NCBI GenBank assembly: GCA_041628815.1
Contig: JBFKOL010000001.1
Location: forward strand, 1 to 51,787
Length of the DNA stretch: 51,787 bases
Reading direction: 5' to 3'
Source: Saprospiraceae bacterium
Lineage (GTDB): Bacteria; Bacteroidota; Bacteroidia; Chitinophagales; Saprospiraceae
Made by a program: the position numbers and the translations under genes. Shown piece after piece: positions 9,140-19,600 of this stretch (position 1 is the first letter of the stretch; the number at the start of each line of letters is the position of its first letter). The notes under the pieces were generated by a model. The model saw nothing but the letters and a program-made list of their open reading frames with translations, was not told the origin of the DNA and made no database searches.

Positions 9140-9283
9140 GCGAAACGATGAATCATTTATGTAACCAGTCTTCCTATCAACAATACCTTCACATTCCGCT
9201 TCCGGATTATCGAGACGCAAATATAAGCACCAAAATCTTCATTTGCCCTATTCCAATTCTGCCTTCCTTCTTATTTTGAGCAG

Positions 9284-9901
9284 ATGAAAGAAAACGATGG
9301 GCTGCAAAGCATAGGCATTTACATATTCGACGATGTTGAATTGCTGGATTTCGCCGGTCCGCTGCAGGTATTCAGCGCTGCGCGCTACCTTGACGATGTG
9401 CTCATTCCTGTGATTGATTTGGTAGGACCGAAACCACAAATAACAGTAGCCAAATCGCAAATGCAGGTGGTCGTCCAAAAGTTGCTCAAAGATGCTGGAG
9501 GTTATGACCTCTTCCTCATCCCGGGGGGCTTTGGTACACGCCCTATTCTGGAGAATACCGAGGAATTGGAACACTTGAAAAGGATCTCCGAGGCATCCAA
9601 ATTCCTGGCCAGCGTATGTACCGGTTCGCTGGTACTGGCCAGACTGGGTATGCTGAAAGGCTTAACCGCCACAACCCACTTTGGAGCCATCGATCTTTTG
9701 CGAAAGATCGAACCCAACCTGACGGTCGACCGAAGCAGGCGCTATATTGACAATGGCCGTATCATCATATCCGAAGGCGTCAGTGCAGGCATCGATATGA
9801 GCTTCCACCTCCTTGCGAGATTTTTCAGCCAAGAACTCTCTGATACCGTAAAACGCTATATTGAATATTATCCTGAAAAAGAAGGGGAGGTGTGTAGTTA
9901 G
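9284..9901 (+). CDS. DJ-1/PfpI-family (class I glutamine amidotransferase-like) protein
   Basis: 205-aa ORF with IGIYIFDDVELLDFAGPLQVF, the nucleophile-elbow context ASVCTGSLVLA, and a C-terminal GVSAGIDMSFHLL block. Confidence 0.8.
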   Translation: MKENDGLQSIGIYIFDDVELLDFAGPLQVFSAARYLDDVLIPVIDLVGPKPQITVAKSQMQVVVQKLLKDAGGYDLFLIPGGFGTRPILENTEELEHLKRISEASKFLASVCTGSLVLARLGMLKGLTATTHFGAIDLLRKIEPNLTVDRSRRYIDNGRIIISEGVSAGIDMSFHLLARFFSQELSDTVKRYIEYYPEKEGEVCS

Positions 9902-9964
9902 GAATGGCAATGTTGCAAGTTGCCGGGTTGCAGGTGTTAAACTAAGCCACTTAGACCAGTTCAT

Positions 9965-10030
9965 TTCAAGTTCAAGTTCAAGTTCAAGTTCAAGGTCAAG
10001 TTCAAGTTCAAGGTCAAGGTCAAGGTCAAG
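9965..10030. repeat. hexanucleotide microsatellite, 11 contiguous units of TTCAAG/GTCAAG
   Basis: Read directly: (TTCAAG)5 GTCAAG (TTCAAG)2 (GTCAAG)3. Lies between the DJ-1 stop (9901) and the dnaE start (10186). Confidence 0.95.
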
Positions 10031-10185
10031 TTTCTTCCTTCTCGGCCAGCTGGAAGATGCGCAGGATGAAGCAAGATTTAGTTCAAGCTCAACTTATTAA
10101 ACCACTTAAATAACTTAAACCAACCTCAAAAACATATTACCCCTAAAAAGTATATCTTTCCGTTCTGTAACGAAACTGATCCGGG

Positions 10186-13100
10186 ATGCCTGACTTTTGC
10201 CACCTTCATTGTCATACTACTTATTCCCTTTTAGACGGTGCCTCCGACATTGGCCGGTTGATGGACAAAGCAGTCAGGGACGAACAAAAAGGTGTTGCCT
10301 TGACGGATCACGGCAATATGTTCGGCGCTTTCAAATTCGTCAATGAAGCCCAAAAAAGGGATCTAAAGGCGATCGTCGGTTGTGAATTCTATCTCGTGGA
10401 AGATCGTCACAAGAAATCATTTTTAAAATCGAGAGGAGAAAAAGACGTCAGGTATCACCAGTTGTTACTCGCAAAAAACCAAAAGGGCTATGAAAATCTT
10501 TCCAAGCTCTGTTCACTTGGATACATCGACGGACTCTATGGGAAATACCCGAGGATCGACAAGGAGCTCATCATCCAGTATCACGAAGGGCTCATAGCGA
10601 CTTCGTGTTGCCTTGCAGCAGAAATACCGCGGGCCATAGCAAATGGCGATAACGAGAAGGCAGAGCAATTGATCCAGTGGTGGCTCGATTTGTTCGGGGA
10701 TGACTTTTACATCGAGTTGCAGCGGCACAAAGGCCTTGAGAACATCGACAGCACTGGGATTTCCCAGGAATATGTAAATCAGCAACTCTTGCTGTTCGCC
10801 CGCAAATACAACATCAAGACGATTGTGACGAACGATGCACATTACATCGAAGAAGAAGACTGGAAGCCCCATGACGTCATCCTATGCGTGAATACAGGCC
10901 GAAAAATCGATGAGTTGGACAGGTTCAAGTTTTCCAGTTCGGACTATTATTTCAAGACCAAGGATGAGATGCGCCAGTTGTTTGCCGACGTGCCGGAGGC
11001 AATTGACCATACCATGGATATCTTTGATAAGATCACGACACCACAGCTTGCCCGTGACATCCTCCTCCCCAATTTTCCATTACCCCAACCCTTTAAAAAC
11101 CAGGCGGAATACTTGCGCCATCTCGTTTTTGAAGGAGCCAGAAAGAGTTACAACACCATTTCTGAAAATTTACGAGAAAGGCTGGACTACGAGCTCAAGA
11201 TCATATCGGATATGGGGTTTGAAGGATACTTCCTGATTGTCCAGGACTTCATTGCTGCGGCACGCGATTTGGGTGTTGCTGTAGGTCCTGGTCGTGGTTC
11301 GGCTGCAGGGTCTGCGGTGGCTTACTGTCTCAAGATTACCAATGTGGATCCGATCAGGTACAATTTACTTTTTGAGCGATTCCTCAACCCGGAGCGCATC
11401 ACGATGCCGGACATTGACATCGACTTTGATGATGAAGGCCGTCAAAAGGTAATCGATTGGGTGGTCGATAAATATGGCAAGAACCAGGTGGCACAAATTG
11501 TCACCTTTGGCACTATGGCTGCTAAGTCTTCCATCCGAGATGTCGGGCGGGTATTGTCTCTGCCGCTCAATGAAACCGACAGGATCGCCAAAATGGTACC
11601 GACACGGCCTGGGACCAAGCTTCATCGCATTTTTAACAAATCCAACACAGAGCTTAAGGACGAGTGGGCGAACGACGACTATTCCAAGATCCAGGAGTTG
11701 CTGTCCATCAAGAAGAAGGGAACCCTTGAGGGAGAGGTGCTGCAATTGGCCGAAAGGGTAGAAGGGACCGTAAGAAATACGGGAATTCACGCAGCAGGAC
11801 TCATCATAGCACCGGATGATATCACCAAGTACATCCCTGTATGTACGACGAAGGAAACCGATCTATTGGTCACCCAGTTTGACGGCAGTCACGTGGAGGC
11901 CGCGGGTATGCTCAAAATGGATTTCCTGGGGCTAAAGACCCTTTCCATTATAAAAGATGCGATTGAAAATATTGTAAAACGGTATGGTGAGGATGCACGC
12001 ATCAATCCCGATGATATTCCGCTGGATGATGAAAAGACTTTCGAGCTCTTCCAGCGTGGGAACATGATCGGTATATTTCAGTTTGAGTCCGACGGCATGC
12101 GCAAATTCCTGCGGGAGTTGAAACCCAATTCCATTGAGGATCTCATTGCCATGAATGCCCTTTACAGGCCGGGCCCGATGGATAATATTCCATCCTTTAT
12201 CAAGAGAAAACACGGGGAAGAAGAAATTACCTACCCGCATCCCTGGTTGGCAGAGATCCTTGTACCGACCTATGGAATCATGGTCTACCAGGAGCAGATC
12301 ATGCAAACTGCTCAGATCATGGCCGATTATACGCTTGGCAAAGCGGATATGCTGAGACGGGCGATGGGAAAGAAGAAGAAAAAGGAAATGGAAGAGCATC
12401 GCACCATTTTTGTCAACGGTGCCATGTCAAAAGGTGTGGAAAGGAAACAGGCGGAAGAAATTTTCAGCATCATGGAGAAGTTTGCACAGTACGGTTTTAA
12501 CCGCTCCCATGCTGCCGCTTATTCGATCGTCGCATTTCAAACGGCTTACCTCAAGACGCACTACCCAGCTGAATTTATGGCCTCCGTCCTCACGCACAAC
12601 AAACACGATATCGGCAAGCTTAACTTTTTCCTTCGCGAAAGCAAGCGCATGGGTATCGTTGTGCTCGGACCCAGTGTGAACGAAAGCGATCTGAATTTCA
12701 AGGTCAACCAGGACGGTCACATCCGTTTTGGATTGTCGGCGCTGAAAGGTGTGGGTGAAGGACCGGTGGAAGAAATCATCCGTCAAAGAGAGGAAAATGG
12801 TCCCTATACGAGCATATACGACATGACCAAGAGATTGGGGTTGAGGCTCGTGAATAAAAAATGCTTTGAAAGTCTGGCTAACGGAGGAGCTCTCGACGAA
12901 CTTAATGAAGGAAACAGGGCCCAGTATTTCGCACCGGCCGATGGATTCGAAACAGTTATCGAACACGCCATTAAATTTGGCAATGCTTTTCAGAATCAGA
13001 AAGCACAGATGGTCAACTCGTTGTTTGGTGATCTGTCTGAGACCATCATGAATGAGCCCAAGATGCCTTCCACAGAACCATGGAACAAAGTTGAGAAACT

Positions 13101-13716
13101 GAACAGGGAAAAAGAAGTCACCGGAATCTTCATTTCAGGCCATCCATTGGATGATTACCACATGGAGATACAGAACTTTACGACATGTGCCCTCGACGTG
13201 GCTCATGAAAGACGGGATACCATCATACGCCTCGCGGGCCTCGTCACCGAGGTATTTCATGGCGTTACCCAAAAAGGCCTTGGTTATGCCAGGTTAACTC
13301 TCCAGGATTATAAGGGAAGTATGAGCTTTGGTTTGTACAATGAAGCATACAAATCATTCAAGGACCTGATAAATATGGGTGAAGTCCTTTTTGTTGAAGG
13401 CCTTTTCAGCCGGGGTTACAGCGGAGACAACTACTTTTTCAAGGTTAAAGACATAAAATTGCTCGACACCGTAGGCAAGGCATGGACTAAATCAATCACA
13501 GTCCAGCTTCCTATTGAGGCGATAAACAAGAATCTCATTGATCAACTGACCCACATCTATAAGCAGCACAAAGGTGGCCACAAATTCAAGGTCCTGGTTA
13601 CTGATCCGGAAAACAATGTGCAATTGAGCCTTTTAAATGCTGATAACAAGGTCAACGTTGACAGTGTATTGATCAATAAGCTCTCACAACTCGGACTGCC
13701 ATACAAGTTGAACTGA
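10186..13716 (+). CDS. dnaE: DNA polymerase III alpha subunit
   Basis: 1176-aa ORF with the PHP-domain start FCHLHCHTTYSLLDGA, the polymerase core GRGSAAGSAVAYCL.IT..DP and PDIDIDF, HhH and OB regions. Confidence 0.97.
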   Translation: MPDFCHLHCHTTYSLLDGASDIGRLMDKAVRDEQKGVALTDHGNMFGAFKFVNEAQKRDLKAIVGCEFYLVEDRHKKSFLKSRGEKDVRYHQLLLAKNQKGYENLSKLCSLGYIDGLYGKYPRIDKELIIQYHEGLIATSCCLAAEIPRAIANGDNEKAEQLIQWWLDLFGDDFYIELQRHKGLENIDSTGISQEYVNQQLLLFARKYNIKTIVTNDAHYIEEEDWKPHDVILCVNTGRKIDELDRFKFSSSDYYFKTKDEMRQLFADVPEAIDHTMDIFDKITTPQLARDILLPNFPLPQPFKNQAEYLRHLVFEGARKSYNTISENLRERLDYELKIISDMGFEGYFLIVQDFIAAARDLGVAVGPGRGSAAGSAVAYCLKITNVDPIRYNLLFERFLNPERITMPDIDIDFDDEGRQKVIDWVVDKYGKNQVAQIVTFGTMAAKSSIRDVGRVLSLPLNETDRIAKMVPTRPGTKLHRIFNKSNTELKDEWANDDYSKIQELLSIKKKGTLEGEVLQLAERVEGTVRNTGIHAAGLIIAPDDITKYIPVCTTKETDLLVTQFDGSHVEAAGMLKMDFLGLKTLSIIKDAIENIVKRYGEDARINPDDIPLDDEKTFELFQRGNMIGIFQFESDGMRKFLRELKPNSIEDLIAMNALYRPGPMDNIPSFIKRKHGEEEITYPHPWLAEILVPTYGIMVYQEQIMQTAQIMADYTLGKADMLRRAMGKKKKKEMEEHRTIFVNGAMSKGVERKQAEEIFSIMEKFAQYGFNRSHAAAYSIVAFQTAYLKTHYPAEFMASVLTHNKHDIGKLNFFLRESKRMGIVVLGPSVNESDLNFKVNQDGHIRFGLSALKGVGEGPVEEIIRQREENGPYTSIYDMTKRLGLRLVNKKCFESLANGGALDELNEGNRAQYFAPADGFETVIEHAIKFGNAFQNQKAQMVNSLFGDLSETIMNEPKMPSTEPWNKVEKLNREKEVTGIFISGHPLDDYHMEIQNFTTCALDVAHERRDTIIRLAGLVTEVFHGVTQKGLGYARLTLQDYKGSMSFGLYNEAYKSFKDLINMGEVLFVEGLFSRGYSGDNYFFKVKDIKLLDTVGKAWTKSITVQLPIEAINKNLIDQLTHIYKQHKGGHKFKVLVTDPENNVQLSLLNADNKVNVDSVLINKLSQLGLPYKLN

Positions 13717-13825
13717 CCTCAGCCCAGAGGCATGAACAGGTTATTCTTTCATTAACGATTTGTTAAAATTGGATTTGTAGTTCAGAGTTTAAACTGAACA
13801 TAGACTCAAAACGTTTGAGCTATGT

Positions 13826-14302
13826 ATGAGAAAGTTATTCCTGCTCTTGGCATTTTGTCTATCCATTCAGCTCACTGGCCAAGATGTGGTTGTATTCGAA
13901 AAATTTGATGATTTCGAAGAACTTCTGTACAAGGATGACGGCAAAACCTATGTCATCAATTTCTGGGCCACGTGGTGTGCCCCCTGCATAAAGGAGTTGC
14001 CCTTCTTTGAGAAGATCCATGAAAAGTATAAAGACAAAAATGTCAAAGTAATTCTCGCTTCACTGGACTACAAGGAACACCTTGAAAGAAAAGTGGTGCC
14101 CTTTATCAAACAAAAGGGACTTAAATCCGAAGTAGTACTTATGGACGATCCCAATGCCAATGTCTGGATAGACAAGGTGGATAAAAGGTGGTCAGGAGCC
14201 ATTCCGGCAACCGTATTTTACAATGGTAAGAACCGTAAATTTATGGAACAGGAATTTTCTTCTTTCGAGGAACTCGAAAGCGTTGTTCTCGAATTTAAAT
14301 AA
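13826..14302 (+). CDS. secreted TlpA-like thiol:disulfide oxidoreductase (thioredoxin fold)
   Basis: 158-aa ORF with signal peptide MRKLFLLLAFCLSIQLTGQ and the active-site context FWATWCAPC. Confidence 0.75.
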   Translation: MRKLFLLLAFCLSIQLTGQDVVVFEKFDDFEELLYKDDGKTYVINFWATWCAPCIKELPFFEKIHEKYKDKNVKVILASLDYKEHLERKVVPFIKQKGLKSEVVLMDDPNANVWIDKVDKRWSGAIPATVFYNGKNRKFMEQEFSSFEELESVVLEFK

Positions 14303-14325
14303 AGTCAAATCTAAAATGCTATTAT

Positions 14326-14931
14326 ATGAAAAAACTTATGACACTGTTTTCACTACTCGTAGCCATTTCCGTCAGTATGGCGTTTACGCCAGCTAGTGGT
14401 GGTTACAAAGTCGGAGATACGGCGACAGATTTTAGCCTCAAGGGTGTTGATGGCAAATTTGTGTCCATGTCCGATTATAAAGATGCCAAGGGATTTATTA
14501 TCATTTTCACCTGCAATACTTGCCCTGTTGTCAAACAGTATGAAGACAGAATCAATGCTTTGCATGAAAAATATGCCGACCAAGGATATCCGCTCATTGC
14601 TATCAATCCTAACGATCCGTCTATCCAGCCGGGCGATAGCATGGAAAAGATGAAGGTGCGGGCCAAAGAAAAGGGTTTTAAATTCCCATACCTCTTTGAT
14701 GCCGGACAAACCGTATATCCTCAATATGGTGCTACGAAGACACCTCATGTGTTCTTACTGGATGCATCATTAATTGTCAGGTACATTGGTGCTATAGATG
14801 ACAATGCGCGAAGTGCAGAGTCCGTGGGCGTTAAATACCTCGAGAATGCAATTGCCGCCTTAGAAAAGGGCAAGAATCCGGATCCCAATTTTACGAAAGC
14901 AGTAGGTTGCTCAATAAAAGCAAAGGCATAA
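14326..14931 (+). CDS. secreted thioredoxin-fold / redoxin (AhpC-TSA-like) protein
   Basis: 201-aa ORF with a signal peptide and the redoxin layout VGD.A.DF.L....G..VS...Y...KG.IIIFTCNTCP, including a CxxC motif. Confidence 0.7.
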   Translation: MKKLMTLFSLLVAISVSMAFTPASGGYKVGDTATDFSLKGVDGKFVSMSDYKDAKGFIIIFTCNTCPVVKQYEDRINALHEKYADQGYPLIAINPNDPSIQPGDSMEKMKVRAKEKGFKFPYLFDAGQTVYPQYGATKTPHVFLLDASLIVRYIGAIDDNARSAESVGVKYLENAIAALEKGKNPDPNFTKAVGCSIKAKA

Positions 14932-14952
14932 CCGATTGAAATAGTGAATTAG

Positions 14953-14988
14953 ATGCCCCCGTTAGCGCGAAACGGGGGCATTTATTTT
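14953..14988 (+). terminator. rho-independent terminator after the redoxin gene
   Basis: Hairpin ATGCCCCCGTT-agcgcga-AACGGGGGCAT is followed by TTTATTTT. Confidence 0.7.
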
Positions 14989-15020
14989 GTCCTGGATTAA
15001 ATATTATCTTTTTTTACAAT

Positions 15021-15476
15021 ATGAAAATATTGATGGTTTGCCTCGGTAATATATGCCGTTCTCCTCTTGCCCAGGGAATTATGGAACATAAGGCTCGACT
15101 AAGAGGACTGGAGTGGATGGTTGATTCCGCGGGAACGAGTCGCTGGCACATTGGAGAACCTCCTGATCCAAGGTCGATCAAGACGGCCAGAAAATATGGG
15201 ATTGACATATCGGCACAACGAGCTCGACAGATACTGATGGAAGACGCGGACCGGTTTGACCTTATCCTTCCAATGGATCAAAACAACTACTCTGACATAA
15301 AACGAATGCTGGGTCAAAAGTTTGATGAAGACAAAATAAAGCTCATCCTTAATTTCGTTAATCCTGGTACCAATACACCGGTACCTGATCCGTACTACGA
15401 CGGAAGCTTTGAAAAAGTATTTCGCCTACTGGATCAAGCCTGTGATCACCTATTGGATCACTATGTAAAAAACTGA
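15021..15476 (+). CDS. low-molecular-weight protein-tyrosine phosphatase
   Basis: 151-aa ORF with the P-loop signature VCLGNICRSP near the N-terminus and the DPYY motif near the C-terminus. Confidence 0.9.
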   Translation: MKILMVCLGNICRSPLAQGIMEHKARLRGLEWMVDSAGTSRWHIGEPPDPRSIKTARKYGIDISAQRARQILMEDADRFDLILPMDQNNYSDIKRMLGQKFDEDKIKLILNFVNPGTNTPVPDPYYDGSFEKVFRLLDQACDHLLDHYVKN

Positions 15477-15959
15477 ATGAGATCCTTGTTATTGATGTGT
15501 GCGATCGTTACAGCGTTGCCCATTTACGGTCAACCTGACAAAAAGGATATCGATCGAGTGATTTCAGAAGTCAATGATTTAAGAAAGACAGGTTGCTATT
15601 GCGGAGGCCGTTGGATGCCTCCGGCAAGACCGGTATCCTGGGACCACGAATTGTACATTGTTTCGAGGGAATATGCGCGGTACATGTACCGCAATGATCA
15701 TTTTTCACACTTCTCGAAGAACGGTGAAGATCTTGGCGATCGACTTGACCGTATGGGATATGAATGGCAAAAGGTAGGTGAAAACATCGGTCACGGGTAC
15801 ATGGACTTCTATGACGTTTTTGAAGCCTGGAGAAGGAGTCCAAGTCATTGCGAAATGCTGATGGATCCGGATGTCACTCTAATGGGTATGTCCAAATATT
15901 ATACCTACTGGGTACAGTCCTTTTCGAGACCATTCACATACCAGTACGGTACAGAATAG
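15477..15959 (+). CDS. secreted CAP/SCP/PR1-like (YkwD-type) domain protein
   Basis: 160-aa ORF with a signal peptide and the blocks GENIGHGY....FEAWRRSPSHCEMLMDP......GMS. Its start abuts the PTP stop. Confidence 0.7.
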   Translation: MRSLLLMCAIVTALPIYGQPDKKDIDRVISEVNDLRKTGCYCGGRWMPPARPVSWDHELYIVSREYARYMYRNDHFSHFSKNGEDLGDRLDRMGYEWQKVGENIGHGYMDFYDVFEAWRRSPSHCEMLMDPDVTLMGMSKYYTYWVQSFSRPFTYQYGTE

Positions 15960-16602
15960 CTCCTTTATCATTCAACGGGGTATTAATTATTAAAAGTTAG
16001 GGAACACACCTTTGCCAATTTGTATTTAGGTAAGAAAAGACCTATTAGAGCGATGCCAGCAATGAAATTGATTGGCTTCAGAAATTCATGTCAGTGATAT
16101 CCTTCAGATCAACTGAAAATTCAATTACCACGTTTTCATAGCTTTATATATAACATAATGATATTATATCTTAAATATCATACGGTATGCCTACCTAATC
16201 CAAGCCCGCAGATTGCATATTTGACCTATTGACTGACATAGGTTGTTATATGTGAATGGAAAATTATTCGAAGAAAAAAAATGCAATAATTACCTCGGGT
16301 AAGATGTACGGCTTCACAAATGTGCTGCCTACATTTGATGATTAGACGAAGTTCCCCTCAATTTTAATACCCTAGTTTGGTTTTTTCAAAAGTTAGAGCT
16401 GTTCTCTCCGGAGAACAGCTTGCCAAACGAGGTTCCCAGGTATATATAACAAAATATGTACCAAAATGAAGCGGAACGAAACGGTCGATAAAGATTGACC
16501 ACTCTGAACCCCCACATACTTATCCCACCCCGCTTTTCAAGAGTTGGCAGCGAAGGCTGTCATGGTTAAAGAACAAATTTTTTTTAACCAAAACTCTGTC
16601 TC

Positions 16603-19600
16603 ATGCCTAAGAGCTACTTAACGTTAATAAGTCGTCGGCTCAATGAATTGTGGTATCTGACATTGGTCTATTTTGTATGTATCATACCTCTTTCTGGACA
16701 AGGTAATTCGGTGTCGTGTCACGGTGCACTTCAAGTGTCCCTCGACGTGAATTGCGAAGCGGAAATCAACGGGCTAACGATTCTCACAGGTGAGTCTCCG
16801 TTTGACAAACCCACAGATTTCCTTGTCACCGTTACGGAAAAAGGCACATACAACGTTCCACCATCCGTATTTTCCGGATCAGGTAGTGGATTGACCTTTT
16901 CAAATACCAATTCCGGCGAATTTATCCGCTTCACGGAACCTGGCAACTTCGTTGTCAGTGTTGAGCGAAAATCAAGCGGTCTGAGCTGTTGGGGCTACGT
17001 TTATGTCGAAAATAAGCTGCCACCAGCACCTGAGAATTGTGCTTGTCCGGATACGGCCACAGTCATCGCAGATTCTTGCCGTTTTTCGTGTGCAAGTATT
17101 GAACTTTTTTTCCAGAATGCCGTCGTAACGGATTCTGCCGGGCTAAACCCCGAATTTGTAAAAAATTGCGCTTCAAGCGAAGACCCAGTTTTTTCGGATG
17201 AACTTGTAGAAGATACGATTTGCGGAAATTGGTACATCATCCGTACATGGAAAGCAAAAGTGACCAACTCACATGGTACGCAGGTCTCTGCATTGAATTG
17301 CAAGCAGAAATTTCTTTTTGAAGCCATTGAGAGCGAAGATATTCACCCCCCCAAATCAAAGGTGACTGTCGATTGCGGTGTCAGTACCCATCCTGACTCC
17401 CTGCTGGCCTATTTCTCCAATACCTCTATATTCCCTGATGCTAATAAAGATGACGCAGTAGCATGCGCATATCCCTATTTGGTAGATTCCATTCCCAATT
17501 ACCAGGTAATCATTCCACCCAAGGATTCAATCGGAATTTGTGTGACTGAACGCGACAGCACCATTAAGCTTTTGCAATGGTACAGCGAAACAAAGCAAGC
17601 TTTGTTCAGCACGCAGGAAGCATGTGGTGCGCCGGATTGTGAACCTATATGGATAATTACAACTGAGATCATTAAAGAAGAAAGGGAATGTGTAATCAGC
17701 CAGACTGATGCCGATACCATAACCATGACCCGGTTTCCTATCGGCAAACATCTTCGAAAAGGAAGCCTCTCTGATCGGTGCAAGATAACTTCGACCTTTA
17801 AGGATTCACCAAAGATCCCCATCTGCGGGCCCGACAATGATCCGACGAGCTACAAGTTTGTCAGGAGTTGGTACATCATCAATTGGTGTACCAATGAGGC
17901 AATCAACGATATCCACCAGATTATAAAAGTGGTAGATACCATACCGCCGATGTATTCTGTTCCGGATACGCTACCGTTGGTGAGTACGGATCCCTGGACA
18001 TGTGTCAGGAATGTAGGCATCCCGGCACCAGTAAATCTCAAAGACAATTGTACCCCTTCACAAAGACTTACGTGGAAGGCACGCATCTATATCAATGGAG
18101 GATACAAAGAAGCCAACGCGGCCAACAATTACATATTTACCAACCTTGAAGTAGGTGAATACGATGTAGTCTATGAAGTCAGTGATGAATGCGACAATAC
18201 GCGTGAGATGAAAAGCAAGGTAAAAATCATCGATCGTGCCAAGCCCATCGTCATCACTAAGAGTGTTATCGTAGTCACTTTTTCAGAGTTTGAAGGAAAT
18301 TGTACGGCTAAAATATTTCCTCACAACGTTGACGGCGGAAGCCATGATGCATGTGATGGCAATAAAGTATTGAAGGAAATCAAAAGATTTTCAGACTCGA
18401 AGTACGGTGAATTTGTCAAATTCGATGAAGATGATCTTACTGGAATCAACGATTTGGGTGTGCCTTATGGAGAGGTAAAGGTTGAAATAAAGGTAACAGA
18501 CAAGTCGGGCAACTACAGCATTGGATGGACGACCGTACGGGTAGAAGATAAAGGAAGCCAAATCGTCGTGGACTGCGGCAAATCCGACATCAAGCTGGAT
18601 TGCCATGAAGACCTAGAGACAGCGATCGATCAATACAAGCCCAAGGTCACCTTAAAGGCTTGTGAAGATAAACTGCTCGATGTAGGACATGTGATCACAA
18701 AAAACAACTTGAATCCGAAGTGTAATACGGGTACGATTTATGTGGAGTACCGGCTTTCGGGGGATTCCATATGCAGCAAGAAGTTTTACTTTGGTGATAT
18801 CGACAGTACCAGGATCATTTGGCCGGATGAAGAGATTATCGCATCGTGCAATGACGCATATTTTGGCGATCCCATTATCAATGATGAATATTGCAGCCTA
18901 TTGGCGCAGTCACTGGAAGTGCGAGAATTTGATTTGCCAGAAGGGACGGGATACTGTAAAAAGATCATTCGAACCTTTACGATCATCGATTGGTGTTTGT
19001 ACAAGGTCAATTCAAACAATGACACTTTGGGCCTGTACAGGTTCAACCAGGTCATCAAGATCAAGGATGATGTAAAACCCGATATTACTTGTATTGCCCA
19101 GGATATTCCCATCGGGCCTACCTGCAGGAAGTCCGGATTTTCGGTGAGTGCTCGGGGTTCAGATGGAGGCGACTGCTCATCTGAGAACCTAGAGTGGGAG
19201 GCAAGACTCGATATCAACGGTGATGGTTATTTCGAATATGAACTAGCCCCGACCGTATCTCCTGGAAGTGACCTTGCCAGTGCTGTCGTTGACACCCTCC
19301 TCACCAATGGCACCTATTTTGTTAGATGGAAGGCCACCGACGAATGTGGCAACTCCGATGTAAAGGTCTGCGCTTTCAACCTGATCGATGACAAAGCCCC
19401 CACTCCGGTATGTATCTCCAATATTTCTACCGCGTTAATGAACACTTCTGGCCAGGTAACGATCTGGGCCAGTGACTTTGATCCCACAGGTAAGAGTGAT
19501 GATGCCTGTGGACACCCCCTCTATTATTCTTTTAGTGATACTTCGGCACATGTGCCGAGCCTCACATTCGATTGTTACGACATTCCGAATGGCATAAGCC

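Noticed and set aside
9100-10030. Tandem 8-mer and 6-mer repeats as a possible CRISPR array
   Set aside because: The units are contiguous with no spacers and far shorter than CRISPR repeats. No cas genes are in the window.
9861-10100. 79-aa ORF with a poly-Ser/Arg run (SSSSSSSSRSSSSSRSRSRSS)
   Set aside because: It is simply the translation of the TTCAAG/GTCAAG microsatellite. It has no credible start context and is intergenic between the DJ-1-like gene and dnaE.
16330-16337. Bacteroidota-type -7 boxes TAnnTTTG (TACATTTG at 16330-16337; TATATTTG at 25657-25664) upstream of giant genes A and B
   Set aside because: Neither has a TTTG-like -33 element at the expected ~19-bp spacing, and such octamers occur by chance in AT-rich spacers. 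They are not reported as features.
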